Source: Minisyncoccia bacterium
Lineage (GTDB): Bacteria > Patescibacteriota > Minisyncoccia > Phycocordibacterales > UBA9973
NCBI GenBank assembly: GCA_038244685.1
Contig: JBBRTD010000001.1
Span: forward strand, 259,569-323,568
Length of the DNA stretch: 64,000 bases
Direction of reading: 5' to 3'
Shown: piece after piece, positions 45,191-54,425 of the stretch
How positions within the stretch are numbered: the first letter of the stretch is position 1
Layout: the number at the start of each line of letters is the position of its first letter
Translations under genes and position numbers: made by a program
Notes under the pieces: generated by a model
Seen by the model: only the letters and a program-made list of their open reading frames with translations
What the model was told of the DNA's origin: nothing
Databases searched by the model: none

Positions 45191-46120
45191 TTAATTGAAT
45201 AATTTTTGATGTGTATTACAGAAGTGTGCACTGCGCCCATCTAATACTTTTCTTATTATAACACCCCGACAGCCTCTCTTACTACAAGCTTCTCCTTTTT
45301 TACGGTATACATTATGATGGTTTTGGAAATTTCCTTTGGCGCCATCTATATTTCTATAGTCAGACATCGAGTCACCACCAAAATCTATTCCTTTATTTAA
45401 AATATCCTTCATTTCTTTATACAATAGAGATAGAATTTTACTCGTGATTTTAGAAGGTTTTGATTCTGGACTAATTCCGGCTAGCCATAGCATTTCATCA
45501 GAATATATATTCCCGATACCTGCAATGATAGATTGATCCATAAGGACAGTTTTTATATTTTTATTGGGTCTTAATAAAAGCTGATTTTTAAATTTTTCAA
45601 AAGTGAAATTTTTTTCCAACGGTTCATTTCCAAGATTTTTTAGATGAATAGTTTCATTCATACTTTCCGAGTTAAGAAGTGTTATCTTGCCAAACTTACG
45701 AGAGTCACAAAAAGCCATGGACTTGCCATTTGAAAGAGAAAAAAGGACATGGATAAATCGATTATAAGGGTCATGAAGTTCCTTCCTTTCTTTAATATCA
45801 GGAATCCATTTATTCTCCTTTTTATTGTAGTTATAATAGCCAACAATAATATGGCCCGTCATTTTTAAGTGAATGAGGATAGTCTTTTGGTTTGAGAGAT
45901 TTATTAATATATTTTTAGCTCTTCTTTCTACACTTAAAACTTTTGAATTTTTTATATCGTTTCTAAATTTTTTGAAAAATAATGCATCTTTAACTGTATT
46001 TTTAAATTGTTTTATTGGATTTTCTTTTGAAATATCAGTCCAGACATCTAGGAAGGAGAGTCCTTTCAGGGCAACATTTAATCCGTTGACTGTAGTTGTG
46101 ACTTCTGGTAATTCAGGCAT
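45191..46120 (-). CDS. mutM: Formamidopyrimidine-DNA glycosylase (Fpg/MutM/Nei family).
   Basis: N-terminus MPELPEV and C-terminal zinc finger C..C...C..C. Confidence 0.88.
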   Translation of the reverse strand: MPELPEVTTTVNGLNVALKGLSFLDVWTDISKENPIKQFKNTVKDALFFKKFRNDIKNSKVLSVERRAKNILINLSNQKTILIHLKMTGHIIVGYYNYNKKENKWIPDIKERKELHDPYNRFIHVLFSLSNGKSMAFCDSRKFGKITLLNSESMNETIHLKNLGNEPLEKNFTFEKFKNQLLLRPNKNIKTVLMDQSIIAGIGNIYSDEMLWLAGISPESKPSKITSKILSLLYKEMKDILNKGIDFGGDSMSDYRNIDGAKGNFQNHHNVYRKKGEACSKRGCRGVIIRKVLDGRSAHFCNTHQKLFN

Positions 46121-46121
46121 A

Positions 46122-46700
46122 TTATCTTCCTCCTAAAATTTTAAGGGCTTCTTTTATTCGAGCATTGGTTCCTATAAGTTCACTTGGTACTTTATTTAAT
46201 GCGTCGCGGGCTTCATTTTGGGAATACCCCAAAGACTTAAGAGCTTCCAAGATATCTCCTTCTTCTCTCAATGTACTTGGAGTATCATTACTGTCTTTGT
46301 AATTTTTTAATTTATCTCGAAGTTCAATTATAATCTTTTCGGCTGTTTTTTTACCAATACCAGAAACCTTATTTAGATAACTAACATCCCCAGTCGCGAC
46401 GGCTCTTTTAATCGTATTAATTGGAGCCAGAGCAATAATACCAAGAGCAGATCTTGGTCCAATACCTGAAACGTCTAAAAGTAGTTCAAAGAAAGACAAA
46501 GCTTCTGTGTTTGAAAAGCCATATAAATCTATTGAATTTTCTCGAACAGCTGTGTAGATGAATAAAGATATTTCATCTCCTTCTTTATTATTTAATCTTA
46601 CATCTTCGGTTACGGATACTTTATATCCGATATCTCCGGTATTTATAATTATGAATTTATCTGTTGAGTATATAATTTCTCCTTTTAAATAGGCTATCAT
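46122..46700 (-). CDS. ruvA: Holliday junction DNA helicase subunit RuvA.
   Basis: N-terminus MIAYLKGEI. HhH motifs GIGKKTAEKII. Length 192 aa. Confidence 0.88.
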   Translation of the reverse strand: MIAYLKGEIIYSTDKFIIINTGDIGYKVSVTEDVRLNNKEGDEISLFIYTAVRENSIDLYGFSNTEALSFFELLLDVSGIGPRSALGIIALAPINTIKRAVATGDVSYLNKVSGIGKKTAEKIIIELRDKLKNYKDSNDTPSTLREEGDILEALKSLGYSQNEARDALNKVPSELIGTNARIKEALKILGGR

Positions 46701-46846
46701 ATGCTTATTATACTTTTTTTATGCAAAATATACAGCCATTTACTTTTTATGGTTTTTCTGTTAATATGCGTGTATTCGATTTTGCTGGTGTCTCGGCTTA
46801 ATTTGAATCAAACAAATTAAATTAATAATTAATAATTATAGATATT

Positions 46847-47101
46847 ATGCCAATTACAAAATCAGCAAAAAAGGCCCTAAAGGGATCTCTCGTTAAAAAG
46901 GCCATGAATGATCGCAATAAAAAAGCCATCAAAGAATCCATCAAAAACATAGAGAAACTTGTTAAGGAAAAGAAAAAGGATGAAGCAAAGAAGCTTCTAC
47001 CAGTTGCTTACAGTGCTATCGATAAGGCTTGCAAGAAAGGAGTTTTAAAGAAAAATACAGCTTCTCGCAGAAAGGCTTTATTATCAAGAATGACAAAATA
47101 A
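46847..47101 (+). CDS. rpsT: 30S ribosomal protein S20.
   Basis: MPITKSAKKALKGS...NTASRRKALLSRMTK basic pattern typical of S20. Length 84 aa. Confidence 0.8.
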   Translation: MPITKSAKKALKGSLVKKAMNDRNKKAIKESIKNIEKLVKEKKKDEAKKLLPVAYSAIDKACKKGVLKKNTASRRKALLSRMTK

Positions 47102-47106
47102 AAGTT

Positions 47107-47140
47107 TAAAGCGGTCCAACGAAAGTTGGACCGCTTTTGC
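47107..47140 (+). terminator. Intrinsic terminator after rpsT.
   Basis: aagcggtccaac-gaaa-gttggaccgctt followed by ttgc. Confidence 0.7.
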
Positions 47141-47160
47141 TATAAAGGTATAATATAAAA

Positions 47161-47427
47161 ATGAAAAATATATATTTTTTTTATGGGACAGAATGTCCTC
47201 ATTGTATCGTAATGGAAAAATTAATTGATAGACTTATTAAAGAAGGTCTTAATATTAAAAAAATGGAAGTTTGGCATAATACCTTAAATGAAGATTTGAT
47301 GGTTAATTTAGACAAAGGAGATGATGTGTGCGGGGGAGTACCATTTTGTTTAAACGAAGATAGTGGTAAGAGTATTTGCGGTGAGGCTAGTTATCAAGAA
47401 TTGAAAGATTGGGCCGAAGGTAAGTAA
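47161..47427 (+). CDS. Glutaredoxin-like / thioredoxin-fold protein with a CPHC active site.
   Basis: YGTECPHC motif near the N-terminus. TATAAT at 47149..47154, 6 nt before the ATG. Confidence 0.6.
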   Translation: MKNIYFFYGTECPHCIVMEKLIDRLIKEGLNIKKMEVWHNTLNEDLMVNLDKGDDVCGGVPFCLNEDSGKSICGEASYQELKDWAEGK

Positions 47428-47430
47428 GTA

Positions 47431-47483
47431 AAAAAACAGAGGTTGTACGTCTAAGGGAGACGTCCAACCTCTGTTTTTGTTTT
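47431..47483. terminator. Bidirectional intrinsic terminator with a 16-bp stem (T2, paralog of the 30541 terminator).
   Basis: cagaggttgtacgtct-aaggg-agacgtccaacctctg flanked by A7 and T5gT4. Confidence 0.75.
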
Positions 47484-47489
47484 ACTAAA

Positions 47490-47801
47490 TTATTGTACCG
47501 GAGCTATTGGAGTATCGGGATTTACTTTAACAGTAACTTCACCAAAACCTTTTTGTGTATTTCCTTCAAATCTATCAAAATTTGAATTTCTCATTCCTCT
47601 TTCAAATCTATTATCTCTAAACTCAGATTTTATTTCTCCCCATTGTGTTCCTAGACAAAATGCAATTATAATTAATATTATTACGGCAATTCTTTTAAGC
47701 ATGTGACACTTTCTCCAATTATGACAACAATTAGCCATTCCATGTTCACATTTAATTCCTTCTTTGTTTTCACAACAACCCTCCTTTTTTTCATTTTCCA
47801 T
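47490..47801 (-). CDS. Membrane-anchored protein with an N-terminal cytoplasmic Cys/His-rich putative metal-binding segment.
   Basis: GCCENKEGIKCEHGMANCCHNWRKCH followed by a transmembrane helix IAVIILIIIAFCLG. Confidence 0.5.
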   Translation of the reverse strand: MENEKKEGCCENKEGIKCEHGMANCCHNWRKCHMLKRIAVIILIIIAFCLGTQWGEIKSEFRDNRFERGMRNSNFDRFEGNTQKGFGEVTVKVNPDTPIAPVQ

Positions 47802-47878
47802 TTTTTACTAATATCATGCAAGCATGATGTAATTATTTACTAATACGCGACATTCTTTGTATTATATCACATGGCTAT

Positions 47879-48424
47879 TTAATAAGTTTTATTAGCCAAC
47901 GCATAGTTTTTACCATAAAAAGTATAAGCGCCATTTACCCCTAAGCCATTGCAAGTTTTTTGAATAAAATCAACATCACTTATTGTTGGTTTTTCCTTAG
48001 TGCAAGAAATAGAATACATTTCATCGTCTTCACATAAGTAAATCATATAACCAAGATGATAATCAGGACCATCGTCAACTATTGGTTTGGAAAGATATCC
48101 CTTTTCTGACAAGACTCTCGTCATTGCCTTCGGATAATCTGTCCCATTTTCATATCCTAAATAGCCGTCCCCGTGGCCGAGCCAGCCTGTGCCACTAATT
48201 CTATAAGTTCCATAATCAAGATAGTACATTTCTAGGGCTATTTGGATACTATTTAAATCTGACATTCTTCGCGCGTCGCGGGCTTTGGCTCTCGCACTAT
48301 TTAAACTAGCCAAAACTACACTAGAGAGTATACCAATGATAGAGATAACAACTAAGAGTTCTATCAGAGTAAAACCCCTAGAAAAAATCGATTTTATGTT
48401 TCTGAACTGATAAATTTTTTTCAT
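47879..48424 (-). CDS. Type IV pilin / pseudopilin with a prepilin-peptidase-type N-terminus.
   Basis: Leader MKKIYQFRNIKSIFSRG, then FTLIELLVVISIIGIL with Glu at +5. Confidence 0.85.
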   Translation of the reverse strand: MKKIYQFRNIKSIFSRGFTLIELLVVISIIGILSSVVLASLNSARAKARDARRMSDLNSIQIALEMYYLDYGTYRISGTGWLGHGDGYLGYENGTDYPKAMTRVLSEKGYLSKPIVDDGPDYHLGYMIYLCEDDEMYSISCTKEKPTISDVDFIQKTCNGLGVNGAYTFYGKNYALANKTY

Positions 48425-48488
48425 AATTTCAGTACCTTAGACTCAATTTTTATAACTTATTTCATTATATCATCGCATTTTTGGAGCC

Positions 48489-48527
48489 ACAATAGAAAAA
48501 GCCAGATAAATCTGGCTTTTTCTATTG
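48489..48527 (-). terminator. Hairpin terminator downstream of the minus-strand tRNA-Arg.
   Basis: aatagaaaaagccagat-aaa-tctggctttttctatt. Confidence 0.6.
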
Positions 48528-48599
48528 TGGTCCTGGCAGGAATCGAACCTGCATCGCAACTTCCGCAAAGTTGCGTCCTATCCATTGAACGACAGGACC
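48528..48599 (-). tRNA. tRNA-Arg with apparent anticodon GCG (isotype call tentative).
   Basis: Hand-folded: acceptor GGTCCTG/CAGGACC, anticodon stem CAACT/AGTTG, loop TTGCGGA, T-arm GCAGG-TTCGATT-CCTGC. Confidence 0.65.
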
Positions 48600-48643
48600 A
48601 TATACACGGTATAAATTTACACTATTATATGTGTATTAGCAAG

Positions 48644-49114
48644 CTAAAATCCCAACTTCTCCATAAACTTCATAGATTTTGATTCCTCAAGCTCTATGTT
48701 TGGTATTACCTTAAGTAATGATTCTTTGATATCATCCATCAAATTAATAGGGAAAGGAATAGTATAGACAGGGAGAAAGTATTTATCTATTTCTATTAAT
48801 AAGACAGAAACACTTTCTTCTTTTTTAATATTGAACCCTTTTATATTTTTCCATTCATATTTATTTTTACCTAGTGTTAAACCACTTGTTTCAATTGAGA
48901 AGTTAACATCTTCTGGTTGACGGAGGCTGAAGAATACAAGAGAGCAACCAGATATAAAAATAAAAATAGCAAAAAGATAATTACTAAACCACAAAGCGAT
49001 TCCAAATGCGATAACCGATATTAGTCCTATTGCCCAGATAAAGTCTATACTTTTCTCTTCGTGTTTATATTCTGGGGCAGACCATTCTATTTTTTTTATT
49101 GTTATTTCTTCCAT
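48644..49114 (-). CDS. Membrane protein, hypothetical (two N-terminal helices plus a soluble domain).
   Basis: Complete 156-aa ORF. No motif recognised. Confidence 0.45.
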   Translation of the reverse strand: MEEITIKKIEWSAPEYKHEEKSIDFIWAIGLISVIAFGIALWFSNYLFAIFIFISGCSLVFFSLRQPEDVNFSIETSGLTLGKNKYEWKNIKGFNIKKEESVSVLLIEIDKYFLPVYTIPFPINLMDDIKESLLKVIPNIELEESKSMKFMEKLGF

Positions 49115-49139
49115 ATATGGATTGTATCATTTAATTTTT

Positions 49140-50297
49140 TTATTTTCTATTCTTAGACAAAGATGCTACCGCTTTATAGACAGCTAAGCGTGCTTTCTTG
49201 TCAAACATATTGGGTATTACGTTTTCTTTATTTGGATTTTTAACAATATTTGCTAAAGCAATGGCAATAGTTATAAATATTTTATTTTCAAATTGCGGAA
49301 TTTTAAAATCAAGCATTGCTTTGAAAGCGTTAGGAAATACAAGTGAATTATTTATTTGATTTGGGTAGTCAGATCTTCCTGTTGCTACAATAAAGGCACC
49401 GGCCTTGATAGCTTCCTCTGGCATTATTTCTGGGGTAGGATTTGCCAAGGTAAAGATTATGGGTTTATTGGCCATGCTTTTAATCATATCTTCTGTTAGG
49501 GTTTTAGGCTTTGATAACCCAATAAAAACATTAGCATCAATTAAGGCATCAGATAAGACACCCGCTTTTTCTTTTATTGTGCTTCCAAGGAGTAATTCTT
49601 TTTTTTCTTTATTTAAATCTTTTCGGCCTTTATATATTATGCCTTTGCTGTCGCAGAATATTGTATTTGTGATTCCATAAGAATGGAGGAGTCTTCCTGT
49701 GGCAACTCCGGCGGCTCCAACTCCCGCGATTACCACTTTAACATTTTCCTTTTTTAACTTAGCTAATTTTAACGAATTTATAAGCGCAGCAAGTGTAACC
49801 GTCGCTGCTCCCCATTGATCATCGTGCATAACTGGAATATCTAATTCCTTGCGGAGTCTCTCTTCGATCTCAAAACATCTTGGAGCTGAAATATCTTCTA
49901 AATTTATTCCACCAAAAACAGGAGCAATTTGTTTAACCGCTTTTATAATTTCTTCTGTATCTTGTGTGTCTAAGCAAATAGGGAAGGCGTCCACTCCACC
50001 AAAATCTTTAAAGATGGCAGCCTTACCCTCCATAACAGGAATTGCAGCTAGTGGCCCTAAATTACCAAGTCCTAAGATAGCAGAGCCATCAGTTACAATA
50101 GCTACTGTATTTTTTTTAATTGTATAAGATCTTGCAAGTTTTAAATCTTTGGCGATAGCAAGACAGACACCAGCTACTCCGGGAGTATAGGCAAGTGATA
50201 AATCTTTTTTATTTTTAAGTGAAACCTTACTTGTAACTTCTAATTTACCGCCGTGTTTTTTATGTAATTTTATTGATTCTTCGTATATTTTAATCAT
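49140..50297 (-). CDS. NAD(P)-dependent malic enzyme, short form.
   Basis: SLAYTPGVAGVC and Rossmann VVIAGVGAAGVATGRLL. 385 aa. Confidence 0.85.
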   Translation of the reverse strand: MIKIYEESIKLHKKHGGKLEVTSKVSLKNKKDLSLAYTPGVAGVCLAIAKDLKLARSYTIKKNTVAIVTDGSAILGLGNLGPLAAIPVMEGKAAIFKDFGGVDAFPICLDTQDTEEIIKAVKQIAPVFGGINLEDISAPRCFEIEERLRKELDIPVMHDDQWGAATVTLAALINSLKLAKLKKENVKVVIAGVGAAGVATGRLLHSYGITNTIFCDSKGIIYKGRKDLNKEKKELLLGSTIKEKAGVLSDALIDANVFIGLSKPKTLTEDMIKSMANKPIIFTLANPTPEIMPEEAIKAGAFIVATGRSDYPNQINNSLVFPNAFKAMLDFKIPQFENKIFITIAIALANIVKNPNKENVIPNMFDKKARLAVYKAVASLSKNRK

Positions 50298-50339
50298 ATA
50301 TGTATTATACCAAAAAATAAAATAATCGGCATAAGCCGA

Positions 50340-50834
50340 TTATTTTATTGATTTTTTAATTTTTTCTGATAAGTCTTTGAGTTTTATAGGGTCGGCCATC
50401 GGTCCACCGGCAGACGAAAGATATCCTTCGTATTTATCAAACCAGACATCTTCGTGCGATAAAGCTTGCTCCCATCCACCTTTTAATTTTTCTGTTCCAT
50501 GCATTGGAATGAGTTTCACATGAGCATGATTAATTCCTAGTCCTTCGATGATTATTCCCACACGGCCAACATCAGAATAATAATTTTCTAGAGCTTGAGC
50601 AACCTTTTTAGAAGCAATAACAAGGTCACCGAGTGTTTCATCTGGTATTTGAAGGGGGTCACTTTCGAAATGTTTTTTTGGTATCACACAAGAAAAGCCT
50701 TCGGTATTTGGATCAATAGCAAGAAATGCTATATGTTTCTCGTCTTGCCAAAAAATAGTTGACTGGATTGTTCCTTTTACTATCTCACAAAAAATACATT
50801 TATTGTCTTTTGTTTTTGCGTCATATTTAGCCAT
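50340..50834 (-). CDS. HIT-family hydrolase.
   Basis: N-terminal CIFCEIVKG and histidine cluster GINHAHVKLIPMHG. Confidence 0.7.
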   Translation of the reverse strand: MAKYDAKTKDNKCIFCEIVKGTIQSTIFWQDEKHIAFLAIDPNTEGFSCVIPKKHFESDPLQIPDETLGDLVIASKKVAQALENYYSDVGRVGIIIEGLGINHAHVKLIPMHGTEKLKGGWEQALSHEDVWFDKYEGYLSSAGGPMADPIKLKDLSEKIKKSIK

Positions 50835-50930
50835 CTTTTAATTATAACACGGCACTGGTTTATTTATTAAATTTTTATACAACGCACATATGAAAAAATC
50901 TCAACAATCGTTGAGATTTTTTCATATGTG

Positions 50931-51017
50931 CGGAAGGGGGGAGATTCGAACTCCCGAGGAGCTTTCACCCCTGACAGTTTTCAAGACTGTTCCTTTCAAC
51001 CACTCAGGCACCCTTCC
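50931..51017 (-). tRNA. tRNA-Ser (anticodon TGA) with a long variable arm.
   Basis: Hand-folded: GGAAGGG acceptor, anticodon stem ACAGT/ACTGT, loop CTTGAAA, long variable arm, T-arm GGGAG-TTCGAAT-CTCCC. Followed on the minus strand by a 23-bp perfect palindrome (50886..50932). Confidence 0.85.
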
Positions 51018-51070
51018 GCCTACAACATTACATTATTTTCATCTTTTTTTCAAGTTTTGGTATATAAAGC

Positions 51071-51096
51071 AAAAAAGACCCCGGAGGGTCTTTTTA
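51071..51096. terminator. Short bidirectional terminator hairpin.
   Basis: aaaaaagaccc-cgga-gggtcttttt. Confidence 0.55.
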
Positions 51097-51321
51097 TAAT
51101 TTTGATTTAAAAGTTTTCAAAAAGTCACTAGGTTTTTTCTTTGCGATATAAAAAATATAAAAAATATCTAATATTGCAAAAGTATTTAAGATCATAAGAG
51201 CTATGAACCATTTTTTGTGATTATTTTTAGAAGCAGTCCAGAGTGAGTATCCCTTCCAAGGCAATACCCAAAGCATTGCAATAATAAAAACCCAAGCATT
51301 AATTTGAATATATTGATCCAT
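51094..51321 (-). CDS. Small two-helix membrane protein, hypothetical.
   Basis: ORF only. Confidence 0.3.
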   Translation of the reverse strand: MDQYIQINAWVFIIAMLWVLPWKGYSLWTASKNNHKKWFIALMILNTFAILDIFYIFYIAKKKPSDFLKTFKSKL

Positions 51322-51374
51322 AAGTAAATAATAACAGTAATAACATTTTATCGCAATTATGATAAGCTGTATTT

Positions 51375-51800
51375 ATGAGATATTTAGGAATTGATTATGG
51401 GGCTAAAAGAGTTGGTCTAGCTATTTCGGATGAAAATTCCACTCTGGCTTTTCCTTATAAAATAATTTTAAATAATATGGAGCTAGTTGATAATGTGCAC
51501 AATATTTGTGGTATAGAAGAAATAGGAGCAATTGTTTTAGGGGAGTCACATGATCTTTCTGGAAATCCAAATAAGATAATGGGGAGTATTGAAGAGTTTA
51601 AAAGAAACTTAGAAGCCGAACTAGACCTGCCTGTTTATTTTCAAAAAGAGTTCATGACAACAGTTGAGGCTCGAGGGAGAGCGGGTAAGGAAATTAATAA
51701 TGCCAAGAAGATTGGTAAGGGTACGCAGAAAAGGACCGATGATTCAGCAGCAGCCATCATACTTGGAAGGTTTTTAGATAAAAAAAATAATTTAAATTAA
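51375..51800 (+). CDS. ruvX: YqgF/RuvX putative pre-16S rRNA nuclease (Holliday junction resolvase-like).
   Basis: N-terminus MRYLGIDYGAKRVGLAISD. Confidence 0.85.
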   Translation: MRYLGIDYGAKRVGLAISDENSTLAFPYKIILNNMELVDNVHNICGIEEIGAIVLGESHDLSGNPNKIMGSIEEFKRNLEAELDLPVYFQKEFMTTVEARGRAGKEINNAKKIGKGTQKRTDDSAAAIILGRFLDKKNNLN

Positions 51801-51804
51801 AAAA

Positions 51805-52158
51805 ATGGAATACATATCATACGAAGAATTTAAAAAGATGGACATAAGACTAGGAACTATCAGAGAGATTGAGCCAGTTCCAGAAACAGACAAACTTTTG
51901 CGTTGCCAGATAGATTTTAATGAAGTAGATTCTGATGGAAATAAAAAACTCCGCCAGATTATTTCTGGCATACATGAATATTATCCTGATTATAGTGTTC
52001 TTATTGGTAAGCAAGTTTTATATATAGTAAACCTTACCCCCAGAACCATAAAAGGTTTTGAGAGCAATGGAATGCTTATGGCGGTTGATGGTCTTGATGG
52101 TAATCCAGTATTTTTAACTCCAGAAGTCGAAGTCGGAGTTGGTAGTAAGGTCCGTTAA
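51805..52158 (+). CDS. tRNA-binding domain protein (CsaA / EMAP-II / MetRS C-terminal-like OB fold).
   Basis: MDIRLGTIREIEPVPETDKLLRCQIDF pattern of the tRNA-binding (Myf) domain. Confidence 0.7.
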   Translation: MEYISYEEFKKMDIRLGTIREIEPVPETDKLLRCQIDFNEVDSDGNKKLRQIISGIHEYYPDYSVLIGKQVLYIVNLTPRTIKGFESNGMLMAVDGLDGNPVFLTPEVEVGVGSKVR

Positions 52159-52162
52159 TAAT

Positions 52163-52759
52163 ATGCTTGATCCAATCTTTCTTATTCAAACAGTTGGTCT
52201 CATCGGGATCATCTTTATAATTTTTGCTGAGACTGGATTATTTTTCGGTTTCTTTTTTCCAGGGGATTCATTGCTTTTTACCGCTGGAATTTTGGCTTCA
52301 CAAGGGATTTTTAATATTTATGAGATTATAATTTTTTGTACAGTGGCTGCCATATTAGGGGATAGTCTTGGTTATTGGTCTGGAAAGAAATACGGACGAA
52401 AGCTTTTTGAACGTGATGCCGGCTTCTTTTTTAAAAAGAAGCGTATTGAAGATGCCGAAAAATTTTATGCACGTCATGGAAAATATACAATAATAATTGC
52501 TCGTTTTGTTCCAATCATTCGAACCTTCGCTCCAATTGTTGCTGGAATCGGCAGTATGCGTTATTCCACCTTTATTTCTTATAATATTTTTGGGGGGATT
52601 ATTTGGGTTTCAGGGTTGTCATTTTTGGGATACTTTTTAGGGGGTATGATTTCTAATCCTGATAAATATATTCTTCCGTTGGCTCTTCTTATAATTTTTA
52701 TTTCTATTATTCCAATAATTTTTAAAATTATTAGAGAGAAATATAAAAAAACAGAATAG
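52163..52759 (+). CDS. DedA/SNARE-associated family membrane protein. Start moved to the ATG 5 nt after the upstream stop.
   Basis: DedA motif GFFFPGDSLLFTAGILAS. Confidence 0.8.
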   Translation: MLDPIFLIQTVGLIGIIFIIFAETGLFFGFFFPGDSLLFTAGILASQGIFNIYEIIIFCTVAAILGDSLGYWSGKKYGRKLFERDAGFFFKKKRIEDAEKFYARHGKYTIIIARFVPIIRTFAPIVAGIGSMRYSTFISYNIFGGIIWVSGLSFLGYFLGGMISNPDKYILPLALLIIFISIIPIIFKIIREKYKKTE

Positions 52760-52801
52760 TCTCTTTTATATCGCCAAATAGTAAGGTATAATAATGTAAC
52801 A

Positions 52802-54424
52802 ATGAAAAAGTTATATAACTATTATTTTCCAACTCCCACATACTTAGCTATGAATTCTTTTGCGATTGATATCTCTGATCAGTCCATTAAATATGGAGAA
52901 TTAACGGCCACTCCTTTGGGTCTTAGATTAGGTCATTTTGGAAAAGAGAAAATTCCAACTGGAGTGGTTGTTTCTGGAAAAATAGAAGACCAAGAACAAT
53001 TGGTAAATATTTTAAAAAAACTCAAGAAGAAGGAAAATCTTAATTTTGTTAGAGTTTCACTCCCCGAAGAACAAATGTATTTATTCACTCTATCTTTACC
53101 CAAGGTAAATGAAAGAGAATTAAGGGATATAATTTTACTTCAAATAGAAGAGCATATTCCTCTTAAGGCTGTGGATACTATATTTGAGTATGATATCATT
53201 TCGAGCTCTCCTAATAATATATTGGTTGAAGTTTCTGCTATTGCAAAATATACGATTGATGCCTATCTGTCGTCTTTTAAGAATGCTGGACTTACGGTTC
53301 TTTCTTTTGAGCTCGAGGCTCAGGCTATTGCTAGAGCGGTAATTTCTTCAGAGGATAAGGGGCCGGTAATGATAGTTGATTTTGGAGACACTCGAACAGG
53401 GGTCTCTATTGTTCATGATGGAAAGGTTTTCTTTACGACGACACTTGATATGGGAGGAATTAATTTAACTAGTATGATAGCGAAGAACTTTTCACTTTCT
53501 TTGGACAAAGCCGAAGAGATGAAGCGTTCTTATGGTCTTGATGGGATATCAAACATTGAAGATATTTTTCCGGTTATTTTAAATGGGATATCGGTATTAA
53601 GAGATGAGTTGAATAAGCAATATCAATATTGGAAAAGTCATGACAATTGGGGAATTAGTCATGATCAAATAAATCGAATTATTCTCTGCGGAGGGGATTC
53701 AAATTTAACAGGACTGTCTGAATACCTTGAGGCTAGTATGAAAATAAAGGTAGATCATGCAAATGCCTGGATAAATATTTCAGATATGAAGATATCAATT
53801 CCCAACATGTCGTTTGAAGAATCTCTTGGTTATGCTACGGTTCTTGGTCTAGCTCTCGGAGGTTTTTCTTATAGTACTAGCCCTGTGATAAATGTTTTAC
53901 CAAGAGAAGAAAAAGTACTTTTAAATAAAGAATATTGGAAAAGACTTATCGTTATCTTTTTAATTCTTTGTTCTCTTGTTGTTGCTATATTTACTATTTT
54001 GCTTGTTCCGTCGTACTTCTTCTCGATGTCGAAACAGTCCATCGTAGAGAATAGACTAGAAGAACTTAATTCGAATGATAAAAATTTGCCTAGTCAAAAT
54101 CTAGACACAACGATTAACGATATTAATACCAAATTGAATTTATTGTCATCGGTTAAAGCTAGATATTCAATTTCAGACGATGTTCTGGGTACCATCCTTT
54201 CTTCTAAACCAGATGGAATTACTTTTTCACAGTTACTTTTAAATCAAATGAAAGATAATAGTTTGGCGCTAGAAATTCATGGTCTTGCTCGTGACAGAAC
54301 AGCTTTACGTAATTTTAAGTCTATTATTGATCTTAATCCAAAAGTTGCATCTTCTAACTTGCCAATATCAAATTTCTTGGAAAAATCTGATATTAATTTT
54401 ACTATTTCAATAGTAATGAAATAA
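52802..54424 (+). CDS. pilM: Type IV pilus assembly protein PilM (actin-like ATPase) fused to a PilN-like transmembrane plus periplasmic domain.
   Basis: FtsA/PilM-like N-terminal roughly 350 aa, transmembrane helix near aa 385, PilN-like C-terminus. TATAAT at 52787..52792. Confidence 0.7.
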   Translation: MKKLYNYYFPTPTYLAMNSFAIDISDQSIKYGELTATPLGLRLGHFGKEKIPTGVVVSGKIEDQEQLVNILKKLKKKENLNFVRVSLPEEQMYLFTLSLPKVNERELRDIILLQIEEHIPLKAVDTIFEYDIISSSPNNILVEVSAIAKYTIDAYLSSFKNAGLTVLSFELEAQAIARAVISSEDKGPVMIVDFGDTRTGVSIVHDGKVFFTTTLDMGGINLTSMIAKNFSLSLDKAEEMKRSYGLDGISNIEDIFPVILNGISVLRDELNKQYQYWKSHDNWGISHDQINRIILCGGDSNLTGLSEYLEASMKIKVDHANAWINISDMKISIPNMSFEESLGYATVLGLALGGFSYSTSPVINVLPREEKVLLNKEYWKRLIVIFLILCSLVVAIFTILLVPSYFFSMSKQSIVENRLEELNSNDKNLPSQNLDTTINDINTKLNLLSSVKARYSISDDVLGTILSSKPDGITFSQLLLNQMKDNSLALEIHGLARDRTALRNFKSIIDLNPKVASSNLPISNFLEKSDINFTISIVMK

Positions 54425-54425
54425 T

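Noticed and set aside
50890-51110. ORFs of 69 and 60 aa on the plus strand, and an 83-aa minus-strand ORF at 60778..61029.
   Set aside because: They overlap tRNA-Ser and its 23-bp palindromic terminator, or tRNA-His and the tRNA-linked element. The coding assignment is not credible.
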